A DNA stretch of 64,000 bases, from positions 1,047 through 65,046 of the forward strand of contig JBAXVB010000001.1 in NCBI GenBank assembly GCA_037129415.1, written 5' to 3'. The translations under genes and the position numbers were made by a program. Source of the stretch: Deltaproteobacteria bacterium. GTDB taxonomy: Bacteria > Desulfobacterota > Desulfobacteria > Desulfobacterales > Desulfatirhabdiaceae. The notes under the pieces are model-generated. The model was not told where the DNA came from and ran no database searches. It saw only the letters and a program-made list of their open reading frames with translations. Shown piece after piece: positions 24,015 to 31,996 of this stretch. Within the stretch, counting starts at the first letter, position 1. Each line of letters opens with the position of its first letter.

Positions 24015-24476
24015 TCACTGATCCAGGATTTGGTTAACTTCATCCCTTTGTTTGAGAGCCAGTTCCTTCATTTCAAGTTCCTTCATTTCAAGTTCATTCA
24101 TTTCAAGTTCATTCGCATACTGACGCAGAGCTTCGGGGAGTGACATCGGGACGAGAGAGTAAGAGCCGGTTTCTTGGATAGAAGGTAAAACTTCATCAGT
24201 CACCCAATCTTGAAATTTCCCCGCTTCCGGAAGTTCTGAACGCATAATTAATCTATAAACATCTGACTCAGGGATGATATTTAGCTCCCTTCCTGTAGCA
24301 GGGTAATTGAATTTATTGATATTTCTGCAATGTAGATTGATCGCATTATTAGGTTTTTCATACCCAAGAGCTTTGGCAACGTCATTGGCTACAAACCAAA
24401 GAGTGCCTTCAATATCAGTGATTCTTATTTCACCAAACACTTCATGTTCAAAATTGCTTAAAACTAAATTTTTCAA
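24015..24476 (-). CDS. BRO-N domain protein (prophage antirepressor type)
   Basis: 153 aa. 'FGEIRITDIEGTLWFVANDVAKALGY...IIPESDVYRLIMRSELPEAGKFQDWVTDEVLPSIQETGSY'. The C-terminus has a NELEMKELEMKEL repeat. Confidence 0.85.
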   Translation of the reverse strand: MKNLVLSNFEHEVFGEIRITDIEGTLWFVANDVAKALGYEKPNNAINLHCRNINKFNYPATGRELNIIPESDVYRLIMRSELPEAGKFQDWVTDEVLPSIQETGSYSLVPMSLPEALRQYANELEMNELEMKELEMKELALKQRDEVNQILDQ

Positions 24477-24754
24477 AATTAACCCCCTTTTTTATTAATC
24501 TCCTAAAATATATAAATTAATTTCCATTTACAATAGCAAAAGTCAAAAATCATCTGTTCTGAGTGCGATTATTAGCAGACAAAGGAAAAAAGAACAATGA
24601 CATCGAAAGACGGCATAAGACAAGTCGTGAGACGAATTGTATGGTCGCATATGAAGATTTCTGACTGAACAAATACAATCTATCAAATAGACATGAAGGG
24701 CGTCTAAAATGGCTGTAGAAGCCCAAGAGACGCCCTTTGTCATTGGAGGTGCAT

Positions 24755-24952
24755 ATGAATATGGCGGAAGCAAAACATGATTTATTGTTGTGCGGGTGGG
24801 TGCAGTTTGAGCCACATCGGAACGGGTGGATCACATACTGTAGAAAATACAGAGCGGCATCTACATTCTCTGACCCTGAATATCACTATTCAACACTTTT
24901 CAAAAATGGGCGGGTCGCAAGGGGGATAATCCGTCCGAGAAAAAGGAGGTGA
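24755..24952 (+). CDS. small basic hypothetical protein
   Basis: GGAGG lies 5 nt upstream of the ATG at 24755. 65 aa, ending ...GIIRPRKRR. Its stop lies 3 nt before the next start. Confidence 0.45.
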   Translation: MNMAEAKHDLLLCGWVQFEPHRNGWITYCRKYRAASTFSDPEYHYSTLFKNGRVARGIIRPRKRR

Positions 24953-24955
24953 AAT

Positions 24956-25123
24956 ATGTGGGATGATCTCATAGATTGGGGAGACTGGGCGATTATCGGT
25001 CCATTATCAGAAGATATGGCAGCGGAGAATGAGGAAAGGGATAAAGTATATGAGGGTATATTCGGGGAGGATTATTTAGAGGAGGAATCTGACGCAGATA
25101 TAAATAACGACTTTGAAACCTGA
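24956..25123 (+). CDS. very acidic 55-aa protein (below ORF-track cutoff)
   Basis: AAAAGGAGGTG RBS then ATG at 24956. Translation: MWDDLIDWGDWAIIGPLSEDMAAENEERDKVYEGIFGEDYLEEESDADINNDFET*. It has 20 D/E against 2 K/R. Confidence 0.55.
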   Translation: MWDDLIDWGDWAIIGPLSEDMAAENEERDKVYEGIFGEDYLEEESDADINNDFET

Positions 25124-25744
25124 AACCAATTGATAGGATTATCGTCCGGATCGTCCGATCGTCTGTTGCTGGACGGTTGGGCGGTCTGGACGATGTTCCA
25201 GAAACACGGGAATCTGGATACCTGTGCTGAGGTAAAGAAGATGGATGTGGTTGGATTCTGGACACCATACCTTAATATAATATAGTAGGATACCCTGTCC
25301 GTTTTATCTGCCAAACCAATCTTTAATGCGTTTTCCTAAAAATATCCACTGCCTTCTTTCTTTGCATTTCAATTCCCTTGGGGGTCCACATTTTGTTCGA
25401 GAATTCAAATAGGAAAATGAAAAAGTTCTGTTTCTGGGGCTTTGTAAACCAGGTGTATGCTGCTTTTGCGATTTCAAAAAAGGGTGTTGTGGAGATTTCT
25501 GGGTCAGTTGTGGGTACGATACTGCTTCTGCGATCTAAAAAAGGGTGTTTTTGCTGGTTGTTTTAGTTCCAGCCGAAATTTCAAACCTACCTTCGGTTGT
25601 GGCAATGCCAGTAATTAACTAACCTCGTATAAGTAGAGGATAACATTTTTCGTCAACTCGTACTGCTGATGGGAATTAACTAACCTCTCATATACAGAGA
25701 GTGGTTTTTTTTCTCTCAAATAAAAATTCATGGAGGTAACAATT

Positions 25745-26020
25745 ATGGAGAATGACAGTAAATTGACTTTCAGTATTGGAGATGCGTCTAAAATCTCGGG
25801 TGTGCCGCAAAAACAGATCAGGAATTGGGAAGAAAAGGGATATATCCCCAAAGCTGAGAGGTTGGTGTCTGGTGTAAGGGCATATCGAAGATTTTCACCT
25901 TCCCAAGTTAAAAATCTGCACAAAATTAAGGAATTTTTGGATGAAGGATTCACCCTTTCTTCGGCTGTAAACAAGACTGCTGGTAAGAATTCAATAAAGG
26001 AGGACTCTGACAATGAATAA
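25745..26020 (+). CDS. MerR-family HTH regulator
   Basis: GGAGG RBS then ATG at 25745. 'FSIGDASKISGVPQKQIRNWEEKGYIPKAERLVSGVRAYRRFSPSQVKNLHKIKEFLDEG'. Confidence 0.8.
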   Translation: MENDSKLTFSIGDASKISGVPQKQIRNWEEKGYIPKAERLVSGVRAYRRFSPSQVKNLHKIKEFLDEGFTLSSAVNKTAGKNSIKEDSDNE

Positions 26021-26249
26021 AAATGAAGGCAAACACTGCCCACTCACCAACCAACTGTGTCTCATCGATCAATGCGTGTTTCATAACCGTATTCTGGACG
26101 GTTGTGAAATCGGAATTATGAATTACAATCTTTATCAGCTTAAAAAAAGTATTAACGAGTTGTTAGGTAAATTCGAAGTGAAATCTAGTGACCCGACAAT
26201 TGATCCCGCAGGGCCCGTGAGTCCCAATTTCCCTCGACCAACTCAGTAA
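26013..26249 (+). CDS. hypothetical protein, start overlaps the merR-like stop
   Basis: 78 aa with an 8-nt overlap (ATGAATAA). It has Cys residues (CPL..C..C..C). Confidence 0.5.
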   Translation: MNKNEGKHCPLTNQLCLIDQCVFHNRILDGCEIGIMNYNLYQLKKSINELLGKFEVKSSDPTIDPAGPVSPNFPRPTQ

Positions 26250-26417
26250 AAGCTGCAATGGTGTGGGTGGGTCGGAACTTATGAACCCGACCCCCACATC
26301 TGAAACAATGCAGTAATATGGACAGTCTGCCCGAATATGACTGTCCTCAAACACAATCCCCGCATTAACATTCATAATATAATATAAAATTGTGTATATT
26401 TATTTAACGTGTTAATC

Positions 26418-26445
26418 TTGACAAACACAAGTTAAGGCTTATATT
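26418..26445 (+). promoter_or_regulatory. sigma70-like promoter
   Basis: TTGACA (26418-26423), 16-nt spacer, TATATT (26440-26445), upstream of the 26492 gene. Confidence 0.4.
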
Positions 26446-26491
26446 CGTTGTGTGGAGAGTATTTCAACTTAAATTGAAAGGATCATGGAAG

Positions 26492-26839
26492 ATGAAAAAG
26501 GAAGAAAAGGTTATTAAACCATATCAGGTGATTTTGGATGAGCAGGTACACCAAAATTTGAAAAAGACGGCCAAGAAGCTCGATATGACGAAGGGGGATT
26601 TCATTCAGAATTTGTATGCTTCATTGGAATATCGGCTTACAAAATACAGGAATAAAATTGGGTTTTCAGAATCAGCAAGAAGCGATGAGTTAGATGTTAG
26701 ATTAATGAAATTTATAATATTTAAAGATAAGGGGTCGTTATCACCAGTGGAGATTGAGACGAAATTAGAAAAAATTAAGAGAGATTATGAGTATTTGAGC
26801 AATCGACCAGAAATTACCGTTGAAGACGAGGACGTGTAA
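26492..26839 (+). CDS. hypothetical protein
   Basis: The ORF track gives 26450..26839. An internal ATG at 26492 (MKKEEKVIKPYQ...) is the likelier start. Confidence 0.5.
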   Translation: MKKEEKVIKPYQVILDEQVHQNLKKTAKKLDMTKGDFIQNLYASLEYRLTKYRNKIGFSESARSDELDVRLMKFIIFKDKGSLSPVEIETKLEKIKRDYEYLSNRPEITVEDEDV

Positions 26840-26964
26840 CAATTTACGCCTGCAGAAAAAAAAAACGCGGGCAAGGAGGTGATGAAAGATGTTTCAACCA
26901 TTTTGCAGTAAGTTAGCCGAAGTTACTTTTGAGAATGATAATTGATGGAAAAAAGGGGGATACA

Positions 26965-27276
26965 ATGAAAAAGAACATGACTTGGGAGTTGGATGATAGA
27001 GTTTTTCACGCAAAGTGCCAGGTAGCCGTTATGCGTGCTGTTTATGAACGAGTGAAGGAATTGAGGAAAGTTATTAAAGATGCTGAAAAAGCTGAGGATG
27101 AAATAGAAGCAATGAGCGCATTCTGCTCAGATGAGTTCCTTTTTAATTACATAGGAGAAACTATGGACGATGTAAGTGTTTTAGAGCAAGATGCGGTGGC
27201 AGCTCAATACCATATATGGAAGGTACTAAATGACGATGTTTGTGCTGATTATAAGGAGTTAATCGGTGATAGTTAA
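26965..27276 (+). CDS. hypothetical acidic protein
   Basis: AAGGGGGA RBS lies before the ATG at 26965 (MKKNMTWELDD...). Confidence 0.5.
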   Translation: MKKNMTWELDDRVFHAKCQVAVMRAVYERVKELRKVIKDAEKAEDEIEAMSAFCSDEFLFNYIGETMDDVSVLEQDAVAAQYHIWKVLNDDVCADYKELIGDS

Positions 27277-27389
27277 GTAAAGTTAATAATTAATAAAAGG
27301 AGATAATCAGTAAACAGTGCAGGTGACCTGCTGTTTCGGTGGTCACCTGCCAAATAAAGAAAAATAAAAGAACGAAGGGGAGGCCAACG

Positions 27390-27713
27390 ATGAATAAAAG
27401 TACTTTTTCACCAATTCAAACCAAACTGGCTGGAGTTTCTTACGGAGATTGCCAAGCGGCCATTCGCAAGTGGGGGTACCGCGACATTGGCTATTTCAGT
27501 CTGGAGCGTGAACACGACAATCCCTACGATCACAATGCTGTCGGCGTCTGGTTCCTTAATGACCGATTGGGCTATCTGCAAAAGCCTGTTGCAGAAAAGC
27601 TCGCCCAGGTTATGGATGCTGGGAGAACATTTTCGGCGGAGTTCGTCTGTCGCAATGAATATGCACCTTATGAAAATGTAGGTTTGACAGTCAGGATCGT
27701 GGAAACTCAATAA
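27390..27713 (+). CDS. stand-alone HIRAN domain protein
   Basis: GGGGAGG RBS then ATG at 27390. 'TKLAGVSYGDCQAAI...FSLEREHDNPYDHNAVGVWFLNDRLGYLQKPVAEKLAQVMDAG' is the HIRAN signature. Confidence 0.75.
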   Translation: MNKSTFSPIQTKLAGVSYGDCQAAIRKWGYRDIGYFSLEREHDNPYDHNAVGVWFLNDRLGYLQKPVAEKLAQVMDAGRTFSAEFVCRNEYAPYENVGLTVRIVETQ

Positions 27714-27790
27714 CCATAGTGCCCCCGCTTCATCCTGTGGCGGGGCACAAGTGTGTCAGAGAGCGCCGATAAAATAGGAGATGAAAGGAG

Positions 27791-28285
27791 ATGAAAAAAG
27801 AAGAAAAAGGACCCAGTCACTTACGAATATATAATCAAATTTTACGGTCAAAGGAGTTCGGACAATTTATACTCGCCAAAGAAGCTGCTGTTTGGTTCCA
27901 CCTATGTGGATGGGTTATCAGGGGGAAAATGAACAGTTGTGGATTAGCGAAGAAACTATATGAAGATTATTATTTAGGGCAGCGAAAATTAGTTGCCAGA
28001 TGGGACCAGGACATGATTGCAGAGCACATTGGACTATCAAAAAAAAGTAAAGGGTACGTTTCAACTCTGCTTACAAAATTGGAAAAAGATTGGAATGCCA
28101 TTAAAATAATAAAAATACCATCATACAAAAGCCACTATATCAACGTTTATGAGTTGGGTTACATTGATGAGAATGAGCATGAGGTACTCTATTTGATGGG
28201 TGAATTAAGTAAAAGAAATGCGGATGAGATGTTGGTTGATATGGGGGTGCAATCATCTAATGCTGATAATTTTTATACCTTATAA
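27791..28285 (+). CDS. winged-helix-like DNA-binding protein, possible iteron-binding initiator/regulator
   Basis: 164 aa. 'DMIAEHIGLSKKSKGYVSTLLTKLEKD' is HTH-like. It lies immediately upstream of the iteron region. Confidence 0.4.
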   Translation: MKKEEKGPSHLRIYNQILRSKEFGQFILAKEAAVWFHLCGWVIRGKMNSCGLAKKLYEDYYLGQRKLVARWDQDMIAEHIGLSKKSKGYVSTLLTKLEKDWNAIKIIKIPSYKSHYINVYELGYIDENEHEVLYLMGELSKRNADEMLVDMGVQSSNADNFYTL

Positions 28286-28316
28286 ATCATATAGTTATAT
28301 AATTACTGGCTGGTAT

Positions 28317-28359
28317 GGAACGTGCCGTAGTTTCCGTATTGGAAACCGCCGTAGTTTCT
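28317..28359. repeat. alternating GGAAC/GTTTCC/GGAAAC/GTTTC inverted repeats with two CCGTAGTTTC copies
   Basis: ggaacgtgccgtagtttccgtattggaaaccgccgtagtttct. A related copy lies at 28979-29008. Confidence 0.75.
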
Positions 28360-28438
28360 GTATAAGATACTTAGAATAGACAACATCCTTTAGAATAAAC
28401 AAAAAAATATACTTACTGCTACGCAGTTGAATAACTTT

Positions 28439-28470
28439 ACAAACACTACAAACACTACAAACTGCAAAAC
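28439..28470 (+). repeat. 9-bp tandem repeat acaaacact x ~3
   Basis: acaaacact acaaacact acaaactgc aaaac. Confidence 0.7.
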
Positions 28471-28482
28471 GGTATATCAGTA

Positions 28483-28605
28483 CCAGTGTCCCACTACCAG
28501 TGTTACGCTGTACAGTGCCTGTGTCCCGCTGTACAGTGTGATAGTAGTCCCGGTGTACAAGTGTAGTGTCCCGCTGTACAAGTGTCTGTGTCCCGCCGTA
28601 CAGTG
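28483..28605 (+). repeat. five iteron-like direct repeats (G)TGTCCCGCTGTACA(A)GTG
   Basis: Cores start at 28486, 28521, 28545, 28566 and 28587. The last three are spaced 21 bp apart. Confidence 0.8.
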
Positions 28606-28741
28606 TCAGTAATCAGTATTTCTTGCTAATGCGCTTTAACATGATAATTTGGAGTACTGGATATGTCGAATGAAAGACATTGCTGGAAATCGGAAAGAAG
28701 ACGCAAGTAAAATGGTATTCTTACAGAAGTTAATCAGCTCA

Positions 28742-28965
28742 TTGATAAAGAATCTTTTGCAAACAATTGGTAATCAGAATTCAGAATTTCCGTTATCCAC
28801 GGTCAGTGTTCCGACATATCATATACTTGATACAGTCAATCTTGATAAAGACTCTTTTACAAATATTGGTTAGGCGGCATTCAGAATTCCGTTCTCCCAC
28901 CGGATACCTTTTGATATAACCCATACTGATAAAGCTTCTTTTGCAAATGATTATGAAGTTAGGAG
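28742..28965 (+). repeat. ~85-100-bp tandem repeat x ~2.4, each unit starting TGATAAAGnnTCTTTTGCAAA
   Basis: Units start at 28742, 28842 and 28927. Each core contains a short dyad AAAGA-n-TCTTT. Confidence 0.75.
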
Positions 28966-28978
28966 TTTCCTTAAAAAA

Positions 28979-29008
28979 GAAACCACCGTAGTTTCTAATA
29001 CGGAAACC
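28979..29008. repeat. GAAACC..CCGTAGTTTC..GGAAACC inverted-repeat box (right-hand copy)
   Basis: gaaaccaccgtagtttctaatacggaaacc. Confidence 0.7.
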
Positions 29009-29135
29009 ATGGCACGATGCTCTGTTATCGCCAGGCGAGCACTATCTCGTAAAACTGCCTGAGTTAAACACCTTTGTCTTGGTCGGGACTCGGGCAGAAC
29101 GAGACTGTATCACATAAATTTTTCGAGGTAAAGAA

Positions 29136-30476
29136 ATGCCACATAAAATTATTCGGATAGACGACAAGATCGAAAAACAGACCCAACGAGTCCCCCTCTC
29201 AAGAATTGTATTCGAGGAAAGGTTCTACCCGCGAAAATCTGTTGATCATATTTTAGTCCAGCAATATGCAGACTGTCTGGAAGAAATCGAAGCTCTCGGA
29301 AATTATATCATAATTGACCAAAATGGATACCTGTTGGATGGAAGACACCGCCACCTGGCTTACCAGAAACATTATGACGGTAAAGATCACAGCATTCCTG
29401 TCTATATTTATGAAATTGAGAAAGATGCAGATCGTTTTTCTGTTGCTGTCAAACTCAACAGCACACACGGAAAGCAGTTAAATGAAAAAGATAAGGAACG
29501 CTGTGCAATTTCCCTTTGGAAAGACCATCGGTACACATTGGAACAAATTGCAAAATTGCTTTCGGTTCGCAAACAAACAATCTCAGATTGGACTAGCAAA
29601 ATTCGCCAAGCAGAAAGACAGTTACTTGTTGAAACAGTATTTGATCGCTGGCTTGCTTGTTTTACTTCTGAGCAGATTGCAATTGCAACCAATACCCCGG
29701 AGGGGACAATCAAGCGAATTATTTCCGAAGAAGGGTTCAAAAAGTTCCCAGGAACGAAACGAGCTAGGTTTTCTCGGTTTGAGGATTACGATGATAAGGA
29801 CGGAACGCGCCCGTTATACAATGACTGGAGATTTACCCGGAATGAAAATGGATCAACGCATTTTGGCAATACTGATCCTCGTATTCTTGAATGGTTGCTG
29901 TATCTATACACGGAGCCCTGCGACATCGTTTTGGACGTCTTTGCAGGTGGAGGCACAAGTATTGACGTGTGCAAAGAACGCCTCCGCCGTTACTGGGTAT
30001 CCGACCGGAAGCCTATACCAGAAAGACCAAATGAAATCCGTCTGCTGGACATCGTTCAGGAAACGCCTCCATTAAATAATCGGTGGTCTGATGTACGGCT
30101 TACCTTCCTGGACCCTCCTTACTGGAAGCAAGCCGAAGGAAAATATTCAGATTCACCGGAAGATTTGGGAAATATGGACTTGGAAAATTTTCATGATAAT
30201 TTGGCGTCGATCATCAACAAAATTGCTCAACATCAGTCCAGTGGTTTTATCGCCCTTCTGATACAGCCCACACAGTGGCATTCTCCGGAGAAACAATTCG
30301 TCGATCATGCGTTTGAAATGATGCGGCGTGCGGACGGAAAGCGATTGCGGCTGGAAAATAGAATTTCCTGCCCTCTTGGCACACAGCAGTGTACACCTCC
30401 GATGGTAGAATGGGCGAAAAAAAACCGAAAACTGCTGGTACTCAATCGTGAATTAATTGTTTGGGCAATCGTATAG
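29136..30476 (+). CDS. ParB/Srx-like N-terminal domain fused to an N6A/N4C-type DNA methyltransferase
   Basis: 446 aa. The ParB part is 'VPLSRIVFEERFYPRK...YLLDGRHRHLAY'. An HTH follows: 'YTLEQIAKLLSVRKQTISDW'. The MTase has motif I 'VLDVFAGGGTS' followed ~50 aa later by motif IV 'FLDPPYW'. Confidence 0.8.
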   Translation: MPHKIIRIDDKIEKQTQRVPLSRIVFEERFYPRKSVDHILVQQYADCLEEIEALGNYIIIDQNGYLLDGRHRHLAYQKHYDGKDHSIPVYIYEIEKDADRFSVAVKLNSTHGKQLNEKDKERCAISLWKDHRYTLEQIAKLLSVRKQTISDWTSKIRQAERQLLVETVFDRWLACFTSEQIAIATNTPEGTIKRIISEEGFKKFPGTKRARFSRFEDYDDKDGTRPLYNDWRFTRNENGSTHFGNTDPRILEWLLYLYTEPCDIVLDVFAGGGTSIDVCKERLRRYWVSDRKPIPERPNEIRLLDIVQETPPLNNRWSDVRLTFLDPPYWKQAEGKYSDSPEDLGNMDLENFHDNLASIINKIAQHQSSGFIALLIQPTQWHSPEKQFVDHAFEMMRRADGKRLRLENRISCPLGTQQCTPPMVEWAKKNRKLLVLNRELIVWAIV

Positions 30477-30661
30477 CCCAAGCCTTTGTAGAAACCGAGC
30501 ACCATCTCGTAAAACTGGACGGAACAGGAGTCGGGAAACAAAACCCCCGGCTCCACAAGGTCGCAAATATAAAGCGTCTGGGCACGCCATGGACAACATA
30601 AAGCTGTCTTCTGGAACAAACCAGCCAGGGTCTGTCATATCAGAATTGGAGGTAAAGATGA

Positions 30662-31006
30662 TTGAATATATTGGAAAAGGATTTAGGAAAAGCGTTGTGT
30701 TCCCAAGAGGTGGCAGTCTATTTCGGTCTTGACGTCAAGACCGTGAGGAAATATTATCGCGATTTAGGTGGAATACGCTTGGGACGCCATTACAGGTTCT
30801 TTGAAAAGGAGATTTACAATGCCATACAAAAGAGGACAACAATGGATTGCTCAAGTGAGGAAGGAAGGGAAGAGGCAGAACAAGGTATTTCCAACGAAAA
30901 AGGAAGCTATAGAGTGGGAAACGAGGATGCAGCGAAAACCCGCAGAAGATTGGGTGGAGAAGATCGCCACAATATCTTTGGGGGATTGGGCTCAAAAATA
31001 TCTTGA
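30662..31006 (+). CDS. excisionase/AlpA-like HTH protein (Xis candidate); 3' part overlaps int
   Basis: TTG start lies 9 nt after GGAGG. 'CSQEVAVYFGLDVKTVRKYYRDLGGIRLGRHYRFFEKEI' is an Xis-type HTH. The frame stays open for 188 nt into int in another frame, so the true C-terminus is uncertain. Confidence 0.5.
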   Translation: MNILEKDLGKALCSQEVAVYFGLDVKTVRKYYRDLGGIRLGRHYRFFEKEIYNAIQKRTTMDCSSEEGREEAEQGISNEKGSYRVGNEDAAKTRRRLGGEDRHNIFGGLGSKIS

Positions 31007-31904
31007 TTATTCGCAATCAAAATTTGTCGCCCAGGTGTATCAGGAAAAATGTTTCGCATTCCGACTTTTCTTCAAGGAAATAGACGAGGCTTTGCCCGTG
31101 GATAAATTAAAACCCGCTCATGTAATGAACTACGTGATCAAACAAAAGGAGGAAAGAAGTGGATATGCAGCCAACAAGGACCGAAAGAACCTTGTGGCTG
31201 GCTGGCACTGGGGCATGAAATACTTGGACCCGCCATTGCCAGGACCCAACCCTTGTCTAGTAGAAAGGATGCCCGAAATTCGGCATCCCCGTTATGTACC
31301 GCCCGAAGAGGATTTCTGGAAAATTTATGCTGTCGCAGAAGGACAAGATAAAGTAATGTTGCTGACGTTTCTCCACTTGGCTGCTCGCCGCAGTGAAATT
31401 TTCCGTTTGACCTGGCAGGATATTGATTTCATCAATGACAGAATACGACTGGGGACCCGAAAGCGTCAGGATGGAACTTTTGAATACGACTGGCTGCCAA
31501 TGACAAAGGAGCTACATAAATCATTGCGGTGGTGGTGGGAAAACAGACCGATAAAAACCGAGCCCCATGTATTTTTGTGTCTTGACGATACGGCATTTAC
31601 CCAAGAGTATTACGGAAAGCCATTCAAAGTAAGGGGTCATTTTATGTCAAAGTTATGCGAGAAGGGCGAAGTGACACCGTTTGGTTTCCATGCTGTCCGA
31701 CACCTTTCGGCATCCATTTTATTCAACGATGGGCATGACCTTGGCGTAATACAAGCCATTCTCCGACATCACAGCCCCAGTACGACAGAACGGTATTTGA
31801 AGAGTATTGGGGTAGAGCGTGTGCGAAGTGCACTGGAAAGTCTTCCGTCAAAACCAGCAGATGTCATATCAATTGACCAAATTCACAAACAGATGTTTGG
31901 ATAA
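30819..31904 (+). CDS. int: tyrosine recombinase (island integrase)
   Basis: AAGGAG RBS lies 7 nt before the ATG at 30819. The N-terminus 'MPYKRGQQWIAQVRKEGKRQNKVFPTKKEAIEWE' is an arm-binding type. The C-terminus has 'LAARRSE...HAVRHLSAS...ILRHHSPSTTERYL' (R..HxxR..Y). Confidence 0.9.
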   Translation: MPYKRGQQWIAQVRKEGKRQNKVFPTKKEAIEWETRMQRKPAEDWVEKIATISLGDWAQKYLDYSQSKFVAQVYQEKCFAFRLFFKEIDEALPVDKLKPAHVMNYVIKQKEERSGYAANKDRKNLVAGWHWGMKYLDPPLPGPNPCLVERMPEIRHPRYVPPEEDFWKIYAVAEGQDKVMLLTFLHLAARRSEIFRLTWQDIDFINDRIRLGTRKRQDGTFEYDWLPMTKELHKSLRWWWENRPIKTEPHVFLCLDDTAFTQEYYGKPFKVRGHFMSKLCEKGEVTPFGFHAVRHLSASILFNDGHDLGVIQAILRHHSPSTTERYLKSIGVERVRSALESLPSKPADVISIDQIHKQMFG

Positions 31905-31930
31905 TGAAATGTGGGTCCATAAAAGCAAAA

Positions 31931-31948
31931 AGCCGTCTGGGGAGCCGT
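31931..31948 (+). promoter_or_regulatory. two AGCCGTC repeats at the int-proximal arm
   Basis: agccgtc at 31931 and 31943, same orientation and motif as 1051-1088. Confidence 0.35.
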
Positions 31949-31996
31949 CATCTCCACAGGCGGCATTTTGAAATAATGATAACTATTTGATATAAT

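Noticed and set aside
24543-25314. Minus-strand ORFs 24543..24815, 24550..24834, 24993..25268 and 25072..25314
   Set aside because: They overlap each other and the better-supported plus-strand small genes, which have strong RBSs. Their compositions are Pro/Ser/Arg-rich.
28427-28873. ORFs 28427..28612 and 28649..28873
   Set aside because: They lie entirely in iterons and tandem repeats and have no RBS. Their translations mirror the repeat units (CPTTSVTLYSACVPLYS...).
30457-30732. 91-aa ORF between the MTase and Xis genes
   Set aside because: It is Arg/Ser/Pro-rich with no RBS at its start. Only its last 24 codons follow a GGAGG-ATG (30658), giving a peptide too short to support.
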